A DNA stretch of 64,000 nucleotides from an uncultured Thermoplasmatales archaeon (GTDB lineage: Archaea; Thermoplasmatota; E2; DHVEG-1). The translations under genes and the position numbers were made by a program. Positions 20,263 to 28,134 of the stretch are shown one piece after another; within the stretch, counting starts at the first letter, position 1, and each line of letters opens with the position of its first letter. The notes below the pieces were generated by a model. That model was not told where the DNA came from and did not search any database. It was given only the letters and a program-made list of their open reading frames with translations. The DNA lies in NCBI GenBank assembly GCA_964517155.1, contig CAZFAZ010000049.1, forward strand, positions 3,012-67,011, given 5' to 3'.

Positions 20263-20478
20263 TTATTTATAAATATATCCACATTTACTACAACTATATG
20301 TTTTTCCATCAAATCTAAGTTTTGGATTACCACACTCTGGACAAGTCCCAAGTACTCTTTCTTCCAGAGCACGTATTCTTTTAAGCTCTTTTTCTGCAAG
20401 CTGGGATAAGTTGATCCAAGGGTTTTTTTTCCACCATTCCCAGGTTTCTTCATCAAGTGTTATCGTTACTTTTTTCAT
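20263..20478 (-). CDS. Small ribbon-helix-helix-like protein with C-terminal C4 zinc ribbon
   Basis: N-terminus KKVTITLDEETWEWWKKNPWINLSQLAEKELKRI (beta-strand/helix/helix, paralogous to two other RHH ORFs in window); C-terminal CPECG...CSKCG. Confidence 0.5.
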   Translation of the reverse strand: MKKVTITLDEETWEWWKKNPWINLSQLAEKELKRIRALEERVLGTCPECGNPKLRFDGKTYSCSKCGYIYK

Positions 20479-20483
20479 ATTTT

Positions 20484-20678
20484 TTATCCTGTTGGTATTT
20501 CAACTATTAAACCAACTAATATCAATATGATTCCAATTATTAGTGCAATAATTGCTTTTAATCTTGGTCCCCCAGGTGCATTAATTATTCTTGCAAATCC
20601 GGGCATAAAAAATGCTAGTATTCCGATTACTGCGGTTATTGCTCCTGTAATTATAAAAACTGTATTTACAACTGTCAT
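20484..20678 (-). CDS. Small two-TM membrane protein
   Basis: 64 aa, two hydrophobic helices; sits between the two YbjQ genes on same strand. Confidence 0.4.
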   Translation of the reverse strand: MTVVNTVFIITGAITAVIGILAFFMPGFARIINAPGGPRLKAIIALIIGIILILVGLIVEIPTG

Positions 20679-20686
20679 AATAAGCC

Positions 20687-21001
20687 TTATTTTAGTTTAA
20701 CTGCTGTCCCGTATGCAAGTATCTCTGCAGCTCCACCCATTATTGCACTGGTCATGAAACGTACGTTTATTACCGCATCAGCACCTATTTCTTCTGCTTT
20801 TTTCTGCATGCGACTTAATGCAATTTCTCTGGACTCTGCAAGCATTTCTGTGTATTCTTTTATTTCTCCCCCTGCCATATGTCTGAAACCTGCTTTTATG
20901 TCTTTTCCAATGCTTTTTGCCTGTATTGTGTTTCCTCTCACTAGACCTAATATTTCTTTTATTTCCTTTCCTGTTACAAAATCTGTATTTACAATTATCA
21001 T
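20687..21001 (-). CDS. YbjQ/DUF74 family protein (second paralog)
   Basis: 104 aa; same architecture as 19926-20240 paralog (IVNTDFVTGKEIKEILGLV ... IGADAVINVRF ... AYGTAV). Confidence 0.7.
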   Translation of the reverse strand: MIIVNTDFVTGKEIKEILGLVRGNTIQAKSIGKDIKAGFRHMAGGEIKEYTEMLAESREIALSRMQKKAEEIGADAVINVRFMTSAIMGGAAEILAYGTAVKLK

Positions 21002-21237
21002 GGTTTCAAATCCTCCCTTTTTATATCTTTCATAGTTTCTTTTGTGTCTTTCTTTTGTTCAATTACAATTGATATTATCAGGATTATTAAACCTAGAAAT
21101 ATTAATCCAAGTATTGCTCCAGATATTATATCAAGTGCTTCTATTATTGCTGAAAAATCTTGCATTATGCCATATATCATCAACAGAATTATTCCTGTTA
21201 CAAACATGGTCAGACCTATTGTTTTTCCATTATCCAT
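20998..21237 (-). CDS. Small two-TM membrane protein
   Basis: 79 aa; stop overlaps start of YbjQ paralog (ATGA overlap); C-terminal charged tail. Confidence 0.4.
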   Translation of the reverse strand: MDNGKTIGLTMFVTGIILLMIYGIMQDFSAIIEALDIISGAILGLIFLGLIILIISIVIEQKKDTKETMKDIKREDLKP

Positions 21238-21404
21238 ATTAACACATCCTAATACGTATTAGCACGTATATATATATGTTTTGACCCGTATTTAAAAATA
21301 TCGTTTGTTTTGCCTATTTGCAAAACTATTAAAATCATTTATGCAAAGACTAATTATTGTTCTTTAAAAAAATAAAAAAGAAGGAGAAAGGATGAAATGC
21401 AAGA

Positions 21405-21824
21405 TCATTTTTTTCTTTTCAAGACAAGTAATGCAGTCAATAATACAAATACAGTGCCTGCGATTATCGCTGCTTGAATTCCAACATCTAAACCTGCAGT
21501 TTTTATTTCTTCTGAAGATTTTGCATCTGAAGCCGCAGTATCTACAAGCTCATCACTTTCCTGATTTTCAAGTATCTGTATAATCACTTCATCGTCGTCT
21601 AATGGGCTGGGTGCTATAACTAAGATTTCTTCAGACTCGAGATTTGGTTTGATCAATAGTTTTTCATCTTCTAAATCTAAAAATACTTCTTCATTTATTG
21701 TCTTTGGGATGGTTTCTTCTGCAGACGCTGAAAGGCCCACGCCAATTACAACAGCTCCTACTATCATTATAATTATTGTTTTTTTCATGTTCATATTTTT
21801 TTCTTCACCTTTGAATCCCCGCAT
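21405..21824 (-). CDS. Secreted acidic protein with C-terminal TM anchor and basic tail
   Basis: Signal peptide, Asp/Glu-rich body, C-terminal IIAGTVFVLLTALLVLKRKK. Confidence 0.5.
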   Translation of the reverse strand: MRGFKGEEKNMNMKKTIIIMIVGAVVIGVGLSASAEETIPKTINEEVFLDLEDEKLLIKPNLESEEILVIAPSPLDDDEVIIQILENQESDELVDTAASDAKSSEEIKTAGLDVGIQAAIIAGTVFVLLTALLVLKRKK

Positions 21825-21989
21825 AATAAAAGTTCTTTATGTATTGTCAGAAAATGTTCGGGAAAAACCAAACAATTTTTGCACTTATAAGGGTTAAAAA
21901 GATATAAAAACAGATTAAACATTACTTTAAAATATTTAATTAATGATAAAATTTAGAATAACTATTTGTGGCGTATGTTAGGGGGTTTT

Positions 21990-22733
21990 ATGGGTAAAAC
22001 AATATCTTTAAAGCTAAGTTCTTCTGAAGAAGAAATAATAAATAATATGTTAATTCAAGGTATTTCTCCTAGCAAACTTCTTAGATCTGCTTTGTCAAAC
22101 TATTTGGATTTGATTAATGAAAAGGTAAACCAAAAGGTAAACCTTTTTCAACAGGGGGAAAATTCATTTTTTGATGAAAAGGTAAACCAAAAGGTAAACC
22201 TTTTCAACAGGAGTGAGGTAAACCAGGTAAACCAAAAGGTAAACCGCTCTAAGGAGAAGGAGGTAAACCTTGAGGTAAAACAAAATGATTTTTTTTCTGA
22301 AAATAAGGAGGAAAAAAAGGTAAACCAAAAGGTAAACCTGGTAAACCAATTTGAGGAAAAATATCTAAATCTTTATATCGAGCAGCTTAAAGATAGAGTA
22401 AATCAACTTGAAAAAGAATCTCAAGAATTAAAAGATAAAAATAAGATTTCAGAGCAATTCCTAGTAAATAATTATCAGATAATACAAGATGAATACTATA
22501 ATTTGGTAAAAGACACTATCAAAAGACTTGATGATAAATTCGACCGTATCATGTTTTATCTGGAAGGATCAGTTAAAAAACCTGATTATCATGTTACTTT
22601 AAAATCAGATGTTAAAGAAAAGCATAATGAGGATAACTCATCTAAGTTTATAAATAAAAAAGTAACCGAAGAATCAGGTATATCTGTTAAAAAACCTAGG
22701 AAAGGATGGATTTTTCAGATGTATAGAATGTAG
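21990..22733 (+). CDS. RHH-type DNA-binding protein with internal VNQKVN repeat region and C-terminal coiled coil
   Basis: Start refined to ATG 21990 (MGKTISLKLSSSEEEIINNM, SD AGGGGG upstream); N-terminus matches ribbon-helix-helix pattern; central region encoded by GGTAAACC octamer array. Confidence 0.55.
   Translation: MGKTISLKLSSSEEEIINNMLIQGISPSKLLRSALSNYLDLINEKVNQKVNLFQQGENSFFDEKVNQKVNLFNRSEVNQVNQKVNRSKEKEVNLEVKQNDFFSENKEEKKVNQKVNLVNQFEEKYLNLYIEQLKDRVNQLEKESQELKDKNKISEQFLVNNYQIIQDEYYNLVKDTIKRLDDKFDRIMFYLEGSVKKPDYHVTLKSDVKEKHNEDNSSKFINKKVTEESGISVKKPRKGWIFQMYRM
22124..22347 (+). repeat. Array of 11 perfect GGTAAACC octamers (plus 1 variant) inside RHH gene
   Basis: Perfect copies at 22124, 22136, 22181, 22193, 22217, 22226, 22238, 22262, 22319, 22331, 22340; common unit GGTAAACCAAAAGGTAAACC (12-bp phasing); all same strand and same reading phase. 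Confidence 0.85.
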
Positions 22734-22808
22734 TTTTTTTAAAAAACTAAAATATTTATATTTGATAATAGCTATTAGTCTGTTGGTTAACCTTGAGGAG
22801 GGGTATGC

Positions 22809-23246
22809 TTGGGAAAAGTTATTGCATTAAAATTAACAGATAAAGAGGAACGAATTATTAACAAATTAAATGAGGAAGGGATATCCAATAGTGAACTTAT
22901 TAGAGATGCCCTTTGGTATTATTTTAGAACAGTAAATGATGATATGAACCCTCAGGTAAACCCGGTAAACCAAAAGGTAAACCCTGAGGTAAACCATTCT
23001 TCTCAGGAGAAAAATGATAAAATTTTCTATGAATATATCTTTCGTTTGAAAAATGAGATAAACCAGTTACGTGAAGAAAGCAATAAATTTCAAAAGAATT
23101 TTCAGGAGGAAATCCGAAATATTCATAGTCTTTTTGATGAAGGTTTATCTGCAGTTAATCTAACAAAAAAAGAACCAATTATCAGGAAAGAAAACGATTT
23201 TTACGATGTTCATAATGCAATAGATGAATTTTTAAGGAAAAAATAA
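22809..23246 (+). CDS. RHH-type DNA-binding protein, paralog of 21990-22733 (TTG start)
   Basis: MGKVIALKLTDKEERIINKLNEEGISNSELIRDAL parallels N-terminus of upstream paralog; apparent TTG start 8 nt after GGAGGAGGGG; contains 4 GGTAAACC octamers. Confidence 0.5.
   Translation: MGKVIALKLTDKEERIINKLNEEGISNSELIRDALWYYFRTVNDDMNPQVNPVNQKVNPEVNHSSQEKNDKIFYEYIFRLKNEINQLREESNKFQKNFQEEIRNIHSLFDEGLSAVNLTKKEPIIRKENDFYDVHNAIDEFLRKK
22955..22995 (+). repeat. Array of 4 GGTAAACC octamers inside second RHH gene
   Basis: Copies at 22955, 22964, 22976, 22988, same strand and phase as array in first paralog. Confidence 0.85.
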
Positions 23247-23312
23247 GCACATAATTTTAAAACATAGTCACAAGCTTTAAACACGTGTCAATCTTACCTG
23301 TGATTCGTTAAA

Positions 23313-24011
23313 ATGATTATTGTAAAAAACCTCACTAAGAGATATGGGAAAATAACAGCACTTAACAATGTTAGTTTTAATTTTGATGATTCAAAAGTAA
23401 TTGCTATAATGGGTGAAAATGGAGCAGGAAAAAGCACTCTTTTAAAAATTTTAACAGGAATACTAACATTTGATTCAGGAGAAGTTTTAATCGATGATTT
23501 TTCGATTATAAACGATTCGGTAAAAGCAAGAGAAAAACTTGGATATCTTCCTGAGATGCCAGAAATGTATGAGCGACTAACTGGTAGAGAATTCTTATTT
23601 TACATATCTTCACTTAGAAAAATAAAAAATGCAGAAGAAAAAATAAACCAGATTACAAAAAACATCGACATCTATGATTTTTTAGATTATGAAATAGGAA
23701 CCTATTCAAAGGGAATGAAACAAAAAATCTCAATTACTTCAACTATACTTCACAATCCAGCTAATCTGTTGCTTGACGAGCCGGTTTATGGTCTTGATCC
23801 TCTTACTGCTAAAAAAATCCAAGAGTTTATAAAACAACAAAAAGGCACAACAATTATTGCAACACATTCAACGCAGCTTGTCGAACAAGTTGCAAATCAG
23901 GTATACATTATTGAGCGCGGGAAAGTCATGATGTTTGATGAAGTAAAAAAACTTCTTAAAATATATGGCAGTATAGAAGAAGCATATTTTGCATCAAAGA
24001 AAGGTAAATAA
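23313..24011 (+). CDS. ABC transporter ATP-binding protein
   Basis: Walker A GENGAGKST, signature YSKGMKQKIS, Walker B LLLDEPVYGLD. Confidence 0.8.
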   Translation: MIIVKNLTKRYGKITALNNVSFNFDDSKVIAIMGENGAGKSTLLKILTGILTFDSGEVLIDDFSIINDSVKAREKLGYLPEMPEMYERLTGREFLFYISSLRKIKNAEEKINQITKNIDIYDFLDYEIGTYSKGMKQKISITSTILHNPANLLLDEPVYGLDPLTAKKIQEFIKQQKGTTIIATHSTQLVEQVANQVYIIERGKVMMFDEVKKLLKIYGSIEEAYFASKKGK

Positions 24012-25408
24012 TGTTTGAAACAACAAAAACCATACTTAAAAACAACACAAGAAATCTTTTATCAAAGATTAAAGAAGCACCTATACTTTACATTTTTTTT
24101 ACAATTATGATTATATCTTCAATTTTTTTATTTGCTTTTGTAACACTTTATTTTCAGATAGTTGAAACAGGTTTTAAGTTAAATATACAAGATGTTTTTT
24201 CTTTAGTTTTTTTTGCAATGATGATTAAATCATCAGTTGATTTTTATAACTTTTTTGTTAAATCAAATGAAGTTACTTATGCTCTTTGTACACCGGTTAA
24301 GCATAAAAAAACGATATCGGAGATATTTATTGCAGTTTTTCTGACAAATATTATAATTTGGTTTTCTTTTTCAACGCTTTATGTTTTAGGTCTTGTTTTT
24401 TTTAGAATTAATATAAATTATCCAGATCTGTATATTTTCTTTAATTTAGGTGTAATCGCCGCAATATGTCTTGGCAGCAGTATCTGTATAAATTTTTTCT
24501 CAGGTTTAAGATTAAGATTGCTTCCGATGGCTATCATATTAGTTTTTTATCTATATTTACAAGAGCCGTTGTTTATTGTTTTAACTTTACCGGTAGCAGT
24601 TTTGCATATTATCTGGAGTCTTAGTCATGCAAAAGAATCGCATCAGAATATACGTCGGAAAGAAAGAATAAATAATGTAGCGCAGAATAAAACACGAACT
24701 ATTATATGGGCAATTTTTCATAAAGAAACAACAATTCTCTGGAGAGATAGGCTTCTTTCAAGTTTTATCTCGATGTCTGCTTTTACAGGTTTTGCTACAG
24801 GTTATTTATATCTTTATGGTGATGAAATTTTTATACCTGAATCGCTAAGGGTCATGTATGGTGAGTTTTTACCTTCATTGTTTATATTTTTAGGTGTTTT
24901 TGTAGTAGTAATTTATACTGCTGTTTTTCCATCGCTTGTTCTTTTTTTAAATGAAGAAAAAACTATGTGGATACTCAGGCATATTCCAATTAAAAATCAA
25001 ACATTGATTATAGGTAAACTATCGGCTCTGATTTTATGTTTTATCGCAGGAATACCTTTCATTCCTTTTATACTGATTTTTGTAGGATTTGAAAATTTAT
25101 TGTATATTATTTGGTTTTTAGTTTTTGCGTATTTTGCAAGTGTAATAATCGCACTCCCGATCGGGGTAAAGTATGTTGGTAAAAAATCTGATATAATGCT
25201 ACTTTATAGTGTAACAATGCTTCTTTTGTTTGTTTTGGGAATAGCATCCTTTGCAAGTGTTTTTATGTGGAAAAATTTAGTTTATCCGATTATCCCTTCT
25301 GTATTAATTATTCTTTTTGAATTTGTGTTTTTGTATGTTTCGATTAAAATATCAGATAGAGTTTTAGCTTTTAGAAAGCCGCGTAGTTTAGATCTGAATA
25401 AATTATAG
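24011..25408 (+). CDS. Polytopic membrane permease partner of ABC ATPase (ABC-2-like exporter)
   Basis: 465 aa, 10 or more TM helices; start overlaps ATPase stop (ATAATG). Confidence 0.55.
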   Translation: MFETTKTILKNNTRNLLSKIKEAPILYIFFTIMIISSIFLFAFVTLYFQIVETGFKLNIQDVFSLVFFAMMIKSSVDFYNFFVKSNEVTYALCTPVKHKKTISEIFIAVFLTNIIIWFSFSTLYVLGLVFFRININYPDLYIFFNLGVIAAICLGSSICINFFSGLRLRLLPMAIILVFYLYLQEPLFIVLTLPVAVLHIIWSLSHAKESHQNIRRKERINNVAQNKTRTIIWAIFHKETTILWRDRLLSSFISMSAFTGFATGYLYLYGDEIFIPESLRVMYGEFLPSLFIFLGVFVVVIYTAVFPSLVLFLNEEKTMWILRHIPIKNQTLIIGKLSALILCFIAGIPFIPFILIFVGFENLLYIIWFLVFAYFASVIIALPIGVKYVGKKSDIMLLYSVTMLLLFVLGIASFASVFMWKNLVYPIIPSVLIILFEFVFLYVSIKISDRVLAFRKPRSLDLNKL

Positions 25409-25457
25409 TTATTTCTTGTGCATTGCCTGAAAATTAATATGTAATATTTTATTTTTA

Positions 25458-25479
25458 TATTTTTATTAATACTTTTAAT
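25458..25479 (+). repeat. 22-nt direct repeat copy 1 (TATTTTTATTAATACTTTTAAT)
   Basis: Perfect match to 26402-26423; the two copies bracket a 3-gene RHH/RHH/RelE-like cassette. Confidence 0.8.
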
Positions 25480-25662
25480 GACCTTTTGTTATTCTTTATT
25501 AACTTAAAGCAAAATATGTTTGTTTAGAAATAGGGAAGTAAAATAATAATCAGCTGTGAAAAGAAATAATGCTAAAATATTGTAAAATCAGGATTTCAGT
25601 CAAAAATTATAAATAATATCATGTAAATACATATAATCATGAAATTACATGAGGTTATGTAA

Positions 25663-25809
25663 ATGGTTAGAATGACATTTTCTATCTCTGATGATTTAAA
25701 AAAGAAACTAGATGCGCGGCCAGATATAAATTGGTCAGAGATCTTTAAACAAGGTATAAAAATTAAACTCAATAAATTAGAAAATTTACATGCAAAAGGA
25801 GAAATTTAA
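25663..25809 (+). CDS. Small RHH-like protein (48 aa) MVRMTFSISDDLKKKLDARPDINWSEIFKQGIKIKLNKLENLHAKGEI
   Basis: Below ORF cutoff; beta-strand/helix/helix pattern with NWSEI loop shared with ORFs 25810 and 20263; stop abuts next ATG. Confidence 0.4.
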   Translation: MVRMTFSISDDLKKKLDARPDINWSEIFKQGIKIKLNKLENLHAKGEI

Positions 25810-26112
25810 ATGGCTTGTATAACTATAACTGTTGAAGAATCATTTAAAGAAAGGCTATCAAAATTTCCTTGGGTCAATTGGTCAGAGATAGGTAGAGAAG
25901 AAGTTTTAAAAAGATATATTTTTGAAAAATATATCAAAACTAAAAAACTTACAAAAGAAGAAACTGATTTTTGTGAAAAAAGTGACTGGCATCCTGTTGA
26001 TGAGCTGCCATTACGCGAAGAGTTCATTGAAGAAATCAAAAAAGTTGCAAAGGGCAAATATCATAGATACAAATCTATTGAAGATTTAAAAAGAGATACC
26101 AGTGATGGATAG
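25810..26112 (+). CDS. RHH-like putative antitoxin/regulator (100 aa)
   Basis: ITITVEESFKERLSKFPWVNWSEIGREEVLKRYI paralogous to neighbouring RHH ORFs. Confidence 0.5.
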   Translation: MACITITVEESFKERLSKFPWVNWSEIGREEVLKRYIFEKYIKTKKLTKEETDFCEKSDWHPVDELPLREEFIEEIKKVAKGKYHRYKSIEDLKRDTSDG

Positions 26113-26127
26113 TTAATGTATAATTAG

Positions 26128-26388
26128 GTGGTAAGTACAGATTTGCGAAAATTTTTAAGTAAAATATCTAAAAAAAATAAGATTTTTTATGATAAAATAT
26201 TGAAAAAAATTAGCGAAATAATAAGTTCTGAAAATATTGAACATTATAAGAATTTGAAATATGGTTTAAAAAATTTTAAAAGAGCACATATTGGACATTT
26301 TGTTTTAATCTTTAGATATGATAAAAGATCAAACACAATTTTTTTCGATAATATCAAACATCATGATTTTGCATACAGAAAAAAGTAA
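26128..26388 (+). CDS. RelE/ParE-superfamily toxin-like protein
   Basis: 86 aa, C-terminal KRAHIGHFVLIFRYDKRSNTIFFDNIKHHDFAYRK matches RelE/YoeB-type beta-sheet motif. Confidence 0.5.
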   Translation: MVSTDLRKFLSKISKKNKIFYDKILKKISEIISSENIEHYKNLKYGLKNFKRAHIGHFVLIFRYDKRSNTIFFDNIKHHDFAYRKK

Positions 26389-26401
26389 AATTAATTTTTA
26401 G

Positions 26402-26423
26402 TATTTTTATTAATACTTTTAAT
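26402..26423 (+). repeat. 22-nt direct repeat copy 2 (TATTTTTATTAATACTTTTAAT)
   Basis: Perfect match to 25458-25479; also preceded by related AAAATTAAT segment in both copies. Confidence 0.8.
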
Positions 26424-26545
26424 AAACCTATTAATAAATATATAAGCTAATATTTTTATAACTAATCCATAGTCTCTTTGATAGAATAAAAAAGCAAAAT
26501 GATAAACTTAATATACTATGATATACTTAAGTATAAGATGGTATA

Positions 26546-26788
26546 ATGAATGCGACAACAATAAAAATCCATAAAGATACAAAAGCACAAATCGACCAAT
26601 TTAGAGAATACAAAAACGAGAGTTACGATGAAGTATTAAGAAAAATAATATATATAGTAAAATCAATCAAAAAGAAGCCAGATTTATCTAAAGAAGCAAT
26701 AAAATCAATTGAAGCGGCTAGGAAAAGAATGGATAAAGGGCATTTTTATAATGAAGAAGAGGCTAAAAAAATATTAGGCCTTGAATAG
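26546..26788 (+). CDS. RHH-type antitoxin
   Basis: 80 aa; TTIKIHKDTKAQIDQF N-terminal strand/helix; immediately upstream of RelE gene (TAGATG junction). Confidence 0.55.
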   Translation: MNATTIKIHKDTKAQIDQFREYKNESYDEVLRKIIYIVKSIKKKPDLSKEAIKSIEAARKRMDKGHFYNEEEAKKILGLE

Positions 26789-27058
26789 ATGTATGAAATA
26801 ATATTTGACAAAAATGCAATAGAATTTCTTAACAAACTTGATTATAAACTTAAAGAAAGAATTTTTATAAAAATTATTTCAACTAAAGAAAAACCATTTA
26901 GATATTTTCAAAAACTTGTTTACAGGGATGGATATAAACTAAGAGTAGGTAATTATCGGGTAATAGCAGATATTGACAAAAACTCATTAAAGATTAAAAT
27001 CCGTCTAATAATGCATAGAAAAAATATTTACGAAAAATTACAAAGAAAAGTTTACTAG
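26789..27058 (+). CDS. relE: RelE/StbE-family toxin (mRNA interferase)
   Basis: 89 aa; GNYRVIADIDKNSLKIKIRLIMHRKNIY is the classic RelE C-terminal motif. Confidence 0.7.
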   Translation: MYEIIFDKNAIEFLNKLDYKLKERIFIKIISTKEKPFRYFQKLVYRDGYKLRVGNYRVIADIDKNSLKIKIRLIMHRKNIYEKLQRKVY

Positions 27059-27081
27059 TTATGATTAAAACATGTTTCTTT

Positions 27082-28134
27082 TTAACCTTTTATTATCCCC
27101 AAATCTTCCATTTTCCTAAAATTATCAGGGTTCTTCTCAAAGTATCTATGAATTGGCTCAAGGCTTTTATTGATATATTTTGCAGTAGAGTTTTTCAAAT
27201 CAAGTGGATGTAAATCTTTGACAAATTCTTGTTCTAGTTCCTCGTATGTTTTAAATTCTAGATTTCCTCCAAATTTCTCAGGTCTTTCTATTAAGAATTT
27301 TTCATCTTTAAGCTCTGGAAAAACTACGTATTTACACATCTCAAGAACTGGATTGCCTTGAACTATTTTTTCAGGACAATATGCTTTTTTCATTTTGCGA
27401 TTTACTTCCTCTGGACTGTCGTGTATACTAATCATTGAATCAGGTTTGCTTTTACTCATTTTAACTTCAGTAGGATCCATGCGTCCACCGGCTTGCAGAC
27501 CTGTAAGCAGTGGTGTATGAATTGCAACTGGTGCTTTGCGGCCTATCTTTTTTGATATATCCCTTGCAAGCATATGTGCATGACGCTGATCCATTCCACC
27601 GTATGCAACATCTAGATTTAGATAAAATATATCTGAGACTTGCATAGCAGGATAAAATAATTTTGATAAATCGCGTTCTGCCTCGTCTTCAGATCTTCCC
27701 ATTATATCCATTGCACGTTTTACACGTGCGACACTTGTTGCTTTTGAGACTCTTAAGACCAATTCCCAATATTTTGGGTCACCTATATAATCACTTGCAT
27801 AAACAAATGTTAACTTGTCACGGGGAACACCCATTGCTTCAAAACAATCCTGCATATATCTACCACAGAGTTTGATTTTTTCAATGTCTCCTCCGAGTTT
27901 ATCATTAATATATGCATGCCAGTCTGCCATAAGCACAGTGAAATCAAAACCAGCATTTAGAAAATCTTTAATTTTATTTGTGCAAATCTTCCAGCCAAGA
28001 TGAACTGTACCTGAGGGTTCAAACCCGATATATGCACGTGGTTTGGATTTTTCAAGAACTTTTTTCAGCTCAGGTATTGTAACAGTTTCTTCAGCATTTT
28101 GTAAGATTAATTCTAATTTGTCCATTGTCTTCAT
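27082..28134 (-). CDS. tyrS: Tyrosyl-tRNA synthetase (archaeal type)
   Basis: AYIGFEPSGTVHLGW (HIGH-region equivalent), VKMSKSKPDS (KMSKS), strong collinearity with M. jannaschii TyrRS. Confidence 0.9.
   Translation of the reverse strand: MKTMDKLELILQNAEETVTIPELKKVLEKSKPRAYIGFEPSGTVHLGWKICTNKIKDFLNAGFDFTVLMADWHAYINDKLGGDIEKIKLCGRYMQDCFEAMGVPRDKLTFVYASDYIGDPKYWELVLRVSKATSVARVKRAMDIMGRSEDEAERDLSKLFYPAMQVSDIFYLNLDVAYGGMDQRHAHMLARDISKKIGRKAPVAIHTPLLTGLQAGGRMDPTEVKMSKSKPDSMISIHDSPEEVNRKMKKAYCPEKIVQGNPVLEMCKYVVFPELKDEKFLIERPEKFGGNLEFKTYEELEQEFVKDLHPLDLKNSTAKYINKSLEPIHRYFEKNPDNFRKMEDLGIIKG

Noticed and set aside
20253-20456. Alternative-frame ORF overlapping the RHH zinc-ribbon gene
   Set aside because: The 20263-20478 frame gives a coherent RHH plus C4 zinc ribbon; the other frame is Lys-rich low complexity.
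21405-21824. C-terminal TM plus KRKK tail as a PGF-CTERM archaeosortase signal
   Set aside because: No PGF (or other known) tripeptide precedes the TM helix, so it is only mentioned as a weak candidate substrate, not annotated as such.
22124-22995. CRISPR array interpretation of the GGTAAACC repeats
   Set aside because: Unit is 8 bp with 1-4 bp spacers and lies inside coding frames; no CRISPR-like 25-40 bp repeat/spacer periodicity and no cas genes.
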